Source: an uncultured Clostridia bacterium
GTDB taxonomy: Bacteria; Bacillota; Clostridia; Christensenellales; UBA1242
DNA: 64,000 nt
Direction: 5' to 3'
Assembly (NCBI GenBank): GCA_944377465.1
Contig: CALWFA010000001.1
Coordinates: forward strand, 3,994 to 67,993
Below are positions 60,901-64,000 of this stretch, in pieces. The notes below the pieces were generated by a model that did no database searches, was not told the origin of the DNA, and worked only from the letters and a program-made list of their open reading frames with translations. A program made the position numbers and the translations under genes. Each line of letters starts with the position of its first letter. The stretch's first letter is position 1.

Positions 60901-61496
60901 ATTTCATATAATACGCCAGTCTGGTTTGTGAGTGGATTACCATTCTTGTCCTGTGGCCAATAGATCAAATTGTCTAATTGATTTAGATCGATCGAATTCC
61001 CCACACGATTCACTATAGCAGGAGTGACAGCACTGTCGACCTCTATACTCTCTAGCGAACGATATACTCCAAAGCTGATTTCCTTACTCTTGCCAGAATT
61101 CGTCTCATAAAATCTAAGAGTAGAGACAGCATTGCCTGCGACCTGCACTGCAAACACTTGATTTTGCGATACAGTAGCACTAGTAAAGAGCAGATTCGAG
61201 CTCGTGCTGACTGTAGTCACCATGATCTCGTCTATGTATTTTTCCTTCACATTTCTAATCTCGACACGGAAATAAATCGTGCCCCCAGTACTGTCATCTA
61301 ATACAAAAGGATCTCCCTCTGTACCATAATTGAGCACTACTCCATTATTCGCATCGTACCACTCGCTCGCGTCTTCGCTGAAAGCGTATGTGATATTAAA
61401 CTCCAGGTCTCTATATTTATCTCCACATGCAGACAAAAAACTGCACATGACGAAGACTAATATAGTGGCTAAAATGCTAAATGCTCTTTTTTTCAT
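39918..61496 (-). CDS. Giant surface lipoprotein, 7,192 aa, with reiterated GLUG-like modules and a C-proximal TM hairpin
   Basis: Uninterrupted 21,579-nt ORF with its own promoter, SD gtgagggg and terminator. Signal peptide MKKRAFSILATILVFVMCSFLSAC ends in lipobox L-S-A-C24. I counted at least 30 GG[LIVFMA][VIALF]G motifs by eye. TM segments lie at about aa 6467-6489 and 6516-6539. Confidence 0.9.
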   Translation of the reverse strand: MKKRAFSILATILVFVMCSFLSACGDKYRDLEFNITYAFSEDASEWYDANNGVVLNYGTEGDPFVLDDSTGGTIYFRVEIRNVKEKYIDEIMVTTVSTSSNLLFTSATVSQNQVFAVQVAGNAVSTLRFYETNSGKSKEISFGVYRSLESIEVDSAVTPAIVNRVGNSIDLNQLDNLIYWPQDKNGNPLTNQTGVLYEIDSTGYYDASNEYHINRNADSVARIFSIDGNGILSILSDFTIETNNYILRVKATSRYNSEISAYFDVYLVENQTFSPRAYYLSEYNNGMAIDISEITLYKDSSYATTDLVIDLSDLNSVYTSGVYTVDGLLRYEIAIYIDGERYDLSIQDEDSDIIVTKVTNAENQYRISIRNVNNVDTYDDVTFAVELSGAHFQNNSAPNYQKTVRVYKSILPNNISVNDELAQNGHLYGSIYYNSTYNGITIKLDASPISTISSTEILIEKNTNLNISGVTLSDKGDYYAVSSGDSITVRFLSGSTVSSTDLILRVKNTPATFENETVDEGYVTVVYTINKIVTADEIGIYSYSNTIVTDPAYQINDEELTINANSDTKFYLLVDYAGTTLDRSSIELRIERDSTNQGAIRFSNGSTTLRLNDASVVMRDSATGQALFEITLDSINTEATADIVITAGAEVTLLEEKFSIRSVYVMDESAGISIEPYAGSEGVTSFNDTTDTNYINNGHYNFAIVRGNSVIFNVLSRVSGASTLSSDAISVNRIERLQEDNNLSGFSNSSSILSYGRVYNTEGSKYDKLQVNTLSVGDNGTGTVTQIITVYIQYYTVDANNLVQSVEQAVKMEIAVYEPIASVQLEISDREIVYINSMYEDAASTEIRFNSLSYPSRSVTFTDGDTVRVINSVSQLRFNVSGVGYDENSPVEIYLSDSQTALANNSILDALTGEIVVRLTADPRTSGLSDITISFTALQFGTVTDVRVSTNIQFADYELANGISVSGSEIVQNGQDSYYIYMSFIDVEAGEDSAEFYAEATYSNSEAFHYNDIGYKLYQIEQDANGNISLDENNQAIMHEMTNQSGVRVVIEDIENSNQKRVIIYANKNYGGGLFRLVLGSMDSYNEETGEYDTTFSLFISISDGTLQNKYLISDQSDLANIVNNMDSHFVLCNNIEISGDWAPIGKLTSGIEEFTGTLTGSMDTLNSDNEIISTARYKIIFTANDTALDSEGNVYSGLFARLGHDARIENLDIEVQFDTADFTSNAQNGELYVGALAGYNDGGRISDVNVTISSDDYNLSFASNISTVVNFGGIVGYNAGTIDLTTSSVSSAEHIYITINSVTSHNIALVAGVNAGEIYGAYLGKSSLSSVNYTAIADLIVLNNSTGASANIAVISGINTGNIENVIVGGRIGISNSIGSNIVIDGYLSGISAQNTNTIDTVASLGLELDATSSDIKVSGAVGYLTGSLSNARIMTARVEFANITTNGILRGDDVVAGVVAEMDNGQITFATVENFTLNAQSLYSTTNQVAGLVYSGSGTVARSLVSVDIDLNETAMGAVYLTSPTGINESDTYYLGKVSNFDDSKIVSRVDAGYHVVYTDENVYIYNGTSMSTLAWNAYFEAVDAGEIYAVVPTDDLITSNIMTLVTPTAQDFDQYLALGLYTTDGASWTLLGEDAVFSEDAEYYQLNDTVWNTMYHADQNGDLISNQGTGYDSSTTYYNIVDDDISDYYTQNGNVYTNVTDDNININTTYFRKLEWNDADWQTYIQSLIGEASYDTNIWSYAEDYNYITFNDINFYFPYLIDDEGNSLLVDRPNEIRASIDEGYIIEIGSEFVENEITVDNISVAHTAIINYHTSTTEYVAESYNSYYLMDRYDDEGNLLESGLLDVEVLPAGAEGGVQFRVVQGTQYAYINSNNQIVFTAVSNANPIIVRCYSVFNSEISTYVVFYTQLGISDLVLDSSTIYSSNEPNAEFELTTYTNTNSILIDINAENIYRDQAFSTIFDANSIEEYLTVDAYSEATNSILRVDTRNSLRNVTISVISDSFDGRETSEIVNFVLKLNLTKYYGENIYPQIAGQDQYLELASTTLRVVVYKSASSLTINGGTSYEANTNANISFNLDLDTGYYDENDLAQYIPNDQITAYQNRVLLNETGKDSIYLTIEAESEADQEKLNALMTQAGVSGSAELFDYSFSYELNRENVEIVGYRYYVELILKDDFDYRYIESDINLNITVTSVSSSSVSDSITVTFIPTALNTVRIENFTATNVTQISNYTSLLQSNATETSIISPGSYGGVMVIYLEPSYANVTDAILTSTKLYVPSLGRYVNIMFEQLVRNSDGTYQTYFGNNETVSEDNGTSSEADDKTGIRLNLISNSDNSYDGRIYIHTFIEGFVGYAGTIDVELTVNTINGGVVQTTKPLITEYLPGANVIYDGIATDDGGYLIQKATYENDVTIRVYGYQFNANPEIGLEWELDEDSAYEYDPTKTRFDRITLTEAEFNERVESGLDTYIEDTTGVFVLAGDTYDANALYYEKVIDKSVIVDDSGNTYAVGNYVSYYFLSNYDQITQNSDGSYTVVIRMGVARNIPASFRVSARLSLATADSRITSDQEGSVVFHPVDYILDEDGLSLSNMSDGNVELAYNRTTGLNFAFATENSTYDYSSVIYEKMLQDLSDKGVNILDLFYYTNDAGRIVRFSESEYHPEFTVSLRDGIVTITGLDAFYEEITFIVKYDYILEDGQYVVRFVDPETNESNSARYTLTLEFMLNIQLSTTEEHARPIYSVDDIFDENGNILLVEGFDYILMNDITLENFTPISTAIASLDGNNKVIKIRSFAVSVDRTNYGLFDSIGTYTYTGDGTEETRQTILKNVIVDYSEFNTNLMLTNNNITDVVFGGLVAVNNGGLIYNCDVMNLSTNTKTVSIIVDDSASVDVVFGGLVGENRNAGGFTGIITNSRVGRTEYTQIVVNSTGESTRTVYGAGLQFVVGSDTARGFASRVAGFVGVNSGIIASSYVSNTGVTSYSSNLNTNMLAGFVAENTSTGEIRFSYVQAREDVITETNPHSTGFQIYAASNGSVGGFVYSNVGTISNSYANTELYTLSAFVAGFVYNNTGYIEESYSACIMNSDNVTSDAAEQPFVGVDNNNNLLSDGTLSNVFYLLDDEANYTLPNSDKDQASGLNLENMSNIDSLTGFVFIDSNSRTERQQGVWSYYTVDNDYRRLPELNSANQIAHSYRYLLYQDENGVYNYTNARDFVPGSSNNPHIIRSVDEFNSTLRPTNSSAMSGYIRLINNIDFAENANAISTSLNYTLGDVNNNSITSLDGNGMTISGIVLDINESDTLSNDSVGLFSSIENAYVKNMNLEFASPSATNGVFSTSRAKYSGGLAGRVNNSVIININLDGASTTINGANFAGGLAGIVIGSSLVHGIDSNLSVQVQNTNPNYNLYYSEQDAIALQITTSDQYDAYLDSLSYAGGIAGVIDVTSRANVNYNLSFINIHGDEMYQRSDVEANILADYAGGIAGYASRNVNAIRLKYYTGTTDRISGQFAVGGLFAVLVGDITASQVTADEDIQYTYDTEFGEYIIALESGEDVTIDDSLIGNPGLLESYGYAGGLVGIGINSNIYASYSKASFISGVTVGGLLGVSVASEIRQSYAVPYINFDSTNIVYEKIGGLIGSAYASQNRNNEVGTYINFLNTILGVRNQSTDLIYTFSTILIDREDIANTNTNGDNIEYNYVAADFGRVGQYDFGDITSNGGTTMQFTYSGRVSQYELETDTDGVALFSTFSNHDENLADIYNVEAQDQESIFNTIFGGWETQYWSLDHERYFPLLLENRVLNYIEIATASDFLNMLSNPTGSYKIVQDIDLANSEDSWYDKIATNSNFIFDIDFQGVLVGEKEDDGGIPVVSGLKLSPGYSNQDAGLFRQSTNAIFRNITFVWEDGTDNVAVNLNNKVTINTFGGVSAYDQNSQFTNITVRVANTSANNESNPNIETSLFGESNITNRGSIAGFGGVVGHADNSTITNCTFSGYVNTNLSNSVSTSNIDFGAIVGLATRSGFSEDEEGNIVEGNTTIMNSYVGMNYSEMEEIEKTKFDLSILGGSTVNIGGAVGRAVSSAVSAINVGGYTYSSDYQKVTFNIKLAGNTNSYVNFGGLVGNSDNSVISSSDVLSEINLTGDSGQGESTGGQRTIVAGLIGFMSVNSTSVSLSAGNVDNSNTQAIINIGNSSTNTTIGNLYVSTGIGYASATNNNSISIEQCLFTGTISSEDEDGGYPNISVAHAGGALAYGSNNSTIRLSEVMSTTDIILGGYDSYEMYIGGLVGQAYRVELINCESIGRVIPITDENSDISEMDFYFAGLVGKVDGSVLANAVYSLSSIITDSVQDSSIQKVNASALFGDVENLNKDEIQHVYYSSDYALVPELSGVGSNLSAYTLARSNSWRIDISNPFNSSQNIWAEVTGVDTNSNTASEFYLPFIASLTEAMTNYSIMSLNTTAGSRGYTYIPSALNPTILTGTNSDSNWVESYKYYIMSSNEVDHFSLPTSDGTNNVALNGILMGGETEYDISSFDIKNITIGGDGSLVYYGIIPAVAKHSAVSNLHIRLDADTALTGAGIFGLIVGYNNGVVSNVSVQGTGITLGLNNGQDVGLIVGQNEGMLEYAYSTAEIVKLNYTDSGSDNRPTLAGIAYQNAGLLVSSYFTGYIDNRLAIGEDNLATDSIISAGILIQIQTDSLDSYEGYIYNCYMAGVIEQIGSSTMTEEDTDNYNSFIAYADGLFTEGIEDSADSARGKNNYIDSLSNVETVSIGTNGEVLRTALTADLMANNSLLSGSWHLTAKRHTSGYIYFDTASLTYGYNYLYPVIAFNKLASGTLNGDIVTFSDGAYQLYTGTGANVDGEYANASVSTIDAFASNMTALNNAMRIPHLGVLSAIQSLAIPFDADGNVSMVVNSNQTKLNYVLIYDIDKEATWMSVGGRDNGSAFYDGALASFNGLFISSKYYDFEMADGSAIIQLDATGEGSASACIVSGLTDGLFDNIQDSYIGYIKFGSNSTSGFSASGLLGKTVNGLTTADGNSSSVSNIVVDNIQILEGTTVTANNNTGADGGDISTAIGALFGTISSGNVTIKDFITYFVFAGVQSYSVTLYGAESMGLIAGQMTGGTLTLSNENVNEYNSTLYVNFTGDRDDVSGGLIGNINSNVATRIIGNEYIIKITADDRTRSIASLGGIIGSATGTNSTVSASVENIIVDLSANDDPINTRILGGLIASSSQNITFTDCAIDFSSEIRIESTLSDDEVYQFGMLAASVQGGILTVDNLYSYANAEAGTITIQMNSTDTESRYSTIYEQNHAFGGLVGSMSDGEVSYSFNTTGMTGAEGKVGLKMPSITVQNGYNLGGIVGVYSGGTISITNASEDNQDYRYMVNIKGTTNVGGAVGLVTDDISDMIDEDDGAWNFLAEDYPFATISTVFTGFTNRYNYGGLFGYYKANILGNEIAEGETVDEDDIDYIVNANIITIPAVDADTPVVIYNVGGIAGNTDATVITNLKNEGNIDGLTTDDTNGVGASTNVLNVNTEPDSQGTQAVLYKSIRTVNVGGVVGVLPEDVTITNIQNTATIVGYQNVGGLVGIASGTGISLDNADSTYVKALENGATSLASGTYYQRVVDDATGLVRYDLVSYNADTDTGTDLDSLYNLNTESNQSGSVIGAVNVGGAVGYVNGAEIVNVYASGNVFGNANVGGMVGYLKNSNSYISYNFYRLETVEDAMAPTEILVKGIYVNYKTLDEEEDVVISNYVIPTNIGGFVGYAFDGVIEYNTVLDVSVTSAQEGLDSNAGIVMTNTNNLTISTNANNMVDVNIIESSSNGAGVGYVDVEMNNDNIVNYNHYEFETSDGSMRTVDFNDISTGYGGFAGAIHTNVTLNRDSSDTYFYINTNTFAADTVASLGVNVGAYYGYYYAADNWTQDSVVTVIQTPELVGRENGEVIVSGGYSVGGVIGQYAGESIGDFDLGKVAGNVTIYIQGKTSTDDTTGATNDDANSIVGMYVGGLIGQLTVESGDSPYLAITEDMNVKVRINTTNTYYSGGLVGRVLANGDITFRGDVSTQVTTGGYSDSSVSTNFGGLIGMLKVAESSSENSGYVITVEGTHYYAFTINTIENSNYYDAPSVYDASESDNEVYLTAIATYVNLDSFRISPTSDASFYSARAKNPTRPDDSWGWAAEYTMFKQMQRAISQTEAEWDAISEVYDAQNIKYVGTIDNLKLENTALAGPSKLWTDSVTAAVNAGILPEDTAVDTFSGSIKKPTQNTGESNEDYSRRLHAWMNLPMIEKSGSNYIFNPNYICYTVYEEVEGMPKLYSPIGIADPYYDNNGDYDTPQNIGPDYWQWAGAIFGWNEPPPTLYNLNLNEGIYKGLTYLDFSEGTQYTTINPQPGEDSKATFWESNKSFRQYFCTIDNYDGQSVYFQFNVFYENNTLSNSGVSVTVSDKLADSGSMFDTNGVATTNYDTVMKNKANEETYPWYKGWKTFVTVVEIAGIFVGFGGMSLIKGAGKLIGKGIVSLVKKMTVKKLIKGALNVLIGYAISQVIFGQSLATLYVQSTYSNVRNQTLGYMSESYQRSVKFENGVMVVQSDSAYVGENGDSYLYYSSTRPNDYYINRYYVYHEENGAYVTELLSELPVDISNNDPIGENNDFAGAYEYTYGGTTYYAYPYYEYQDGAYYILADAVEMEYRLTQYFDTSDMREDNDYVMNRGYYYVRGSYDSDDMTYEVSGGVTNSLSYSNGEYSVNGVEWSNTTAANKGYEPTYSSKAVSYYPILGVSANNGKLEYGIGTDSKIYDLGYGYMQGAYYTAIGNNYTSITGMESLYKVGTFTRIQDDEPDLTGLTKGVDYIQVNEYTRDAEGVIIDITPHYYMLTAVTEPEKNDSTASYTGDISVEAGNYNASYYTYRLYPYSFTDPYHISFEGNAKDSEYYIAYQYNTSISSPIRHTPTYYYYEGGYHVEIQNTAEGTEHTAYIKIIDSEEVGDDEISKNKGNISLYIYDEESNNSTQVYRDNEGNNFTIADLISVMSGNSIKVYYGEISTSAEIDDLYINDVSGLISDEELRIYSLSYNYYYQANDGLYRISDSANIIDGNLATVDIILPQTNNTDTNYNYNKYLVNPDAQIYTRYRYSSTTYFNGATVWPRLNTDSGTSTDRSSYYVYREGYAQPNAGKTTYLVEGCRVILGGGVFYNTWTSDSDNGNGTVVGSIGII

Positions 61497-61542
61497 AACC
61501 CCTCACTTTACTTTGTGCTATTATCGAAATAATATTAAAAAT

Positions 61543-61572
61543 ATTATACAAAATATAGTCGCAATCTGTCAA
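61543..61572 (-). promoter_or_regulatory. Promoter of the giant gene (TTGACA-18-TATAAT)
   Basis: Minus strand reads ttgaca gattgcgactatattttg tataat, about 45 nt upstream of the ATG. Confidence 0.6.
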
Positions 61573-61771
61573 GAAAATAGGGATAAAAGTCGATTTTTAA
61601 TATAATATATATTAATTGGCGAAAATATAGCAAATGGGCAACTTTGCCTATAAGATAGCATTATATGGATATTTTCGATCTTTATTTTTAATTATTGCAT
61701 TTTTGACAATTTAATTTTTAATTGTTTTTAATTTAAATTCGTCAAAATTTTTAAAAATTTATAAAAATATA

Positions 61772-61799
61772 TTGAATTTTACGCATTTTTTGGTATAAT
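61772..61799 (+). promoter_or_regulatory. Promoter of the PP-loop ATPase gene (TTGAAT-16-TATAAT with TG extension)
   Basis: ttgaat tttacgcattttttgg tataat. SD tggaga lies before the ATG at 61833. Confidence 0.55.
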
Positions 61800-61832
61800 T
61801 TAGTGAAATAAAAAATTTTTTGGAGATTTTAT

Positions 61833-62552
61833 ATGCAGAGAATTTTAAGTAGCATGAGAAAGGCAATAGAAAAATATCGACTAATACAGGACGGCGATCG
61901 CATAGCCGTAGGGGTATCAGGCGGAAAAGATAGTCTAGTATTATTAAAAGCTTTAGCCGAATTTAGACGATTTAATTTATACAAATTTGAAATTATAGCA
62001 GTAAATATTGACATCTATTCAGGCAAGGAAGACTACAGTGGACTCAAAAAATTTTGTGCTGAGCTCAATGTAGATCTAGTCATCGAGCCGACCGATATCA
62101 AAGAAATCGTGTTTGACATCAGGCATGAAAAAAATCCCTGCTCATTATGCGCAAAGATGAGACGCGGAGCATTAAACACCGTAGCTAAGCGCCTAAATTG
62201 CAACAAGCTAGCGCTCGCACATCACATGACAGATGTGATCAACACCTTCTTTATGTCGCTATTATACGAGGGACGCCTCTCCACCATGATGCCGAAGTCG
62301 TATATGAGCAAGACCGACATTACATTGATCCGACCGCTATATCTTACAGACGAGAGAAAGATCATAGCAGTCAGCAAAAATTTGCCTATCCTAAAGAGCA
62401 AATGCCCAGCAAACGATAACACATCTAGAAAAGTAATAGACGATTTTGTGAAAGATATATATTCTAGATTTCCATTATCTCAAAAGCTCATAGAAACGGC
62501 GATCATTTCACCCGAGCGCTATAATTTGTTAGACAAGATTGATGCTGACTAG
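61833..62552 (+). CDS. ttcA: PP-loop ATPase, TtcA-like tRNA 2-thiocytidine synthetase family
   Basis: 239 aa. PP-loop VGVSGGKDS and CSLCAKMRRG are present. Confidence 0.7.
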   Translation: MQRILSSMRKAIEKYRLIQDGDRIAVGVSGGKDSLVLLKALAEFRRFNLYKFEIIAVNIDIYSGKEDYSGLKKFCAELNVDLVIEPTDIKEIVFDIRHEKNPCSLCAKMRRGALNTVAKRLNCNKLALAHHMTDVINTFFMSLLYEGRLSTMMPKSYMSKTDITLIRPLYLTDERKIIAVSKNLPILKSKCPANDNTSRKVIDDFVKDIYSRFPLSQKLIETAIISPERYNLLDKIDAD

Positions 62553-62643
62553 CCAGCCACTATTCGACAAATTTTATTATTTTTTACCAAATTCTAACAT
62601 ATTTTGTCTATTTATAAAATACCTTATACCAAGGAGACAAAAT

Positions 62644-62943
62644 ATGAATTATGAAGATTTAGACGACAGAGCGCTCAGACTCGCTTATTACATTTTAGAT
62701 AAACACACCACCATTCGTGCGACAGCAAAAGCATTTAATATCCCGAAAAGCACCGTGCACCACGATCTCAGTGTCAAATTAAAATATTTGGATTATAAAC
62801 TATTCTTAGATGTCAAACGACTCATGGAGGAGAACTTTAATGTAAAACACATCCATGGCGGAGAATCTACAAAATTAAAATATGAAGCACTAAAAAAAGA
62901 AATAAATAAAAATGATGAATACGAATATTCATGCAATGTATAA
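62644..62943 (+). CDS. spoIIID: Sporulation transcriptional regulator SpoIIID
   Basis: Start set at MNYEDLD, which follows SD aaggaga. TIRATAKAFNIPKSTVHHDL (HTH) and HIHGGESTKLKYE closely parallel B. subtilis SpoIIID (TVRVIAKEFGVSKSTVHKDL...RHLRGGEATKLKYK). Confidence 0.88.
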   Translation: MNYEDLDDRALRLAYYILDKHTTIRATAKAFNIPKSTVHHDLSVKLKYLDYKLFLDVKRLMEENFNVKHIHGGESTKLKYEALKKEINKNDEYEYSCNV

Positions 62944-63081
62944 AAAAATAAAAAATTAATAAAAAATACCGCAAAACACTATAAATAGCGGTATTTTTAA
63001 TATAAAATTTATTTTTTCGAGTATTTTTTAATATATTTTTTATAGATTAAAAATCTATATTTAATTAATTTTAAACTAAAT

Positions 63082-63996
63082 TTATTTTAAGAATCCCTCT
63101 ATAATCTTGCTCTCCGCCTGCTCCTTATTGAGCCCTAGCGTCATGAGTTTTACGATTTGCTCACTCGCGATTTTTCCTATAGCTGCTTCGTGCGATAGCG
63201 ATGCATTTTTATCTCTAGCGCACACCTTAGGCACTGAGTCGATTCTAGCATTGTCGAGCACTATTCCGTCGCACTCGACATGCCCAAAACATTCGGCTTT
63301 ACCTATTAGGTCGGACTTAAACACCTGCTCGCTCTCCCCTCTCGCCACACTGCGCGACACGATATTACATTTACTATCTTCTCCCGTCATTACGACGCGG
63401 AAATTCGTCTTCGTCACATTGAAGCCAGATGTCAGTATCTTTTCCTTTACCATTAGACTAGCGCCTGCTTTTAGATTTGCCTTCGTGACCCTATCTGAGA
63501 AATCCACTCCGCCCAGTTGATTCGTCTCCATAGTCATACTACTATTCTTCTGCATATCAATGTTGGTGACTGGATTCAGCACCTTATTTTGACCACTACC
63601 GAGCGCTATATGATTCTCTACATATGTCACTACGGCATTCTCTCCGATATGAAAAGTGTGTATACCATTATGTCCAGCCTCGCCTGATGAGTGTACTCCA
63701 CAGCCAGCGACTATCGTGACTACCGCTCCTTTATCTATATAGAAGTCATTATAGACTTCATCAAAGATACCATTCTCACTCACCACTACGGGTATATGAC
63801 AGGCTTCATTTTGACAAGCAGAAAGTACATGAATATCTATCCCTGAGCCGTCAGCCTTGCGCGATATCTCGATATGCGGAGTGGAGCGAATCAGCTCTCC
63901 CTTGCCATTTCGCCTGAAAGATACCGCTCCGTCAGGGATCTCATGAAGATTAGCGATTTTTTCTAAAAGCATCTTTGAAATATTGTCTAACTTCAT
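63082..63996 (-). CDS. SufB/SufD-family Fe-S cluster assembly protein
   Basis: 304 aa with beta-helix-like repeats. C-terminus SHEAAIGKIASEQIVKLMTLGLNKEQAESKIIEGFL is typical of SufB/D. An upstream gene appears to end at 63997 (cta), outside what can be called. Confidence 0.8.
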   Translation of the reverse strand: MKLDNISKMLLEKIANLHEIPDGAVSFRRNGKGELIRSTPHIEISRKADGSGIDIHVLSACQNEACHIPVVVSENGIFDEVYNDFYIDKGAVVTIVAGCGVHSSGEAGHNGIHTFHIGENAVVTYVENHIALGSGQNKVLNPVTNIDMQKNSSMTMETNQLGGVDFSDRVTKANLKAGASLMVKEKILTSGFNVTKTNFRVVMTGEDSKCNIVSRSVARGESEQVFKSDLIGKAECFGHVECDGIVLDNARIDSVPKVCARDKNASLSHEAAIGKIASEQIVKLMTLGLNKEQAESKIIEGFLK

Positions 63997-64000
63997 CTAA

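Noticed and set aside
61487-61493. A7 tract right after the giant gene's ATG as a possible phase-variation switch
   Set aside because: Seven residues is short for slipped-strand phase variation, and the tract simply encodes the Lys-Lys of the signal peptide n-region. There is no evidence of length heterogeneity in a single sequence.
1-64000. Search for CRISPR arrays, tRNA or rRNA genes, transposases, integrases and prophage genes
   Set aside because: I found no regularly spaced direct repeats, no tRNA-like GTTCGA or T-loop signatures in spacers, and no ORF with recombinase or transposase motifs. None are reported.

Overview
Low-GC chromosomal segment from a Firmicutes, Clostridia-like organism. 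spoVG and spoIIID point to spore-former ancestry. About 19 kb of the minus strand is the S10-spc-alpha ribosomal-protein supercluster (rpsJ to rplQ, including secY, adk, map, infA, rpmJ and rpoA). Unusually, it is followed rather than preceded by the str operon (rpsL-rpsG-fusA, with fusA cut by the window edge). The rest holds housekeeping genes (prfA-prmC, rpmE, murC, spoVG, recD2, comF, rplJ-rplL, a ttcA-like PP-loop ATPase, spoIIID, a SufB/D-like gene) interspersed with orphan genes and extremely AT-rich spacers. The most striking content is as follows. (1) A single uninterrupted 21.6-kb ORF (39918..61496, minus) encodes a 7,192-aa protein. It has a lipoprotein signal peptide, reiterated GLUG-like (GG-h-h-G) modules, a C-proximal transmembrane hairpin and a Tyr-rich terminal domain. 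A 1,065-aa paralogue and a convergent Pro-rich lipoprotein lie nearby. (2) A split HipA-like kinase module in reversed gene order (kinase, then HipS-like N-subdomain), with no HipB and an unknown C-terminal extension on the kinase. (3) A 74-nt GC-rich four-helix element upstream of the rplJ promoter. (4) A roughly 250-nt structured leader in front of rpsJ. (5) Three genes whose -10 hexamer sits exactly 6 nt from the ATG with no Shine-Dalgarno, so they are probably leaderless. (6) A uL24 carrying a CxxC...CxxC insertion. Near-consensus TTGACA-17-TATAAT promoters, often with a TG extension, are frequent. I saw no tRNA, rRNA, CRISPR array, transposase or integrase. All homology calls are by-eye recognition of motifs; no database search was run.
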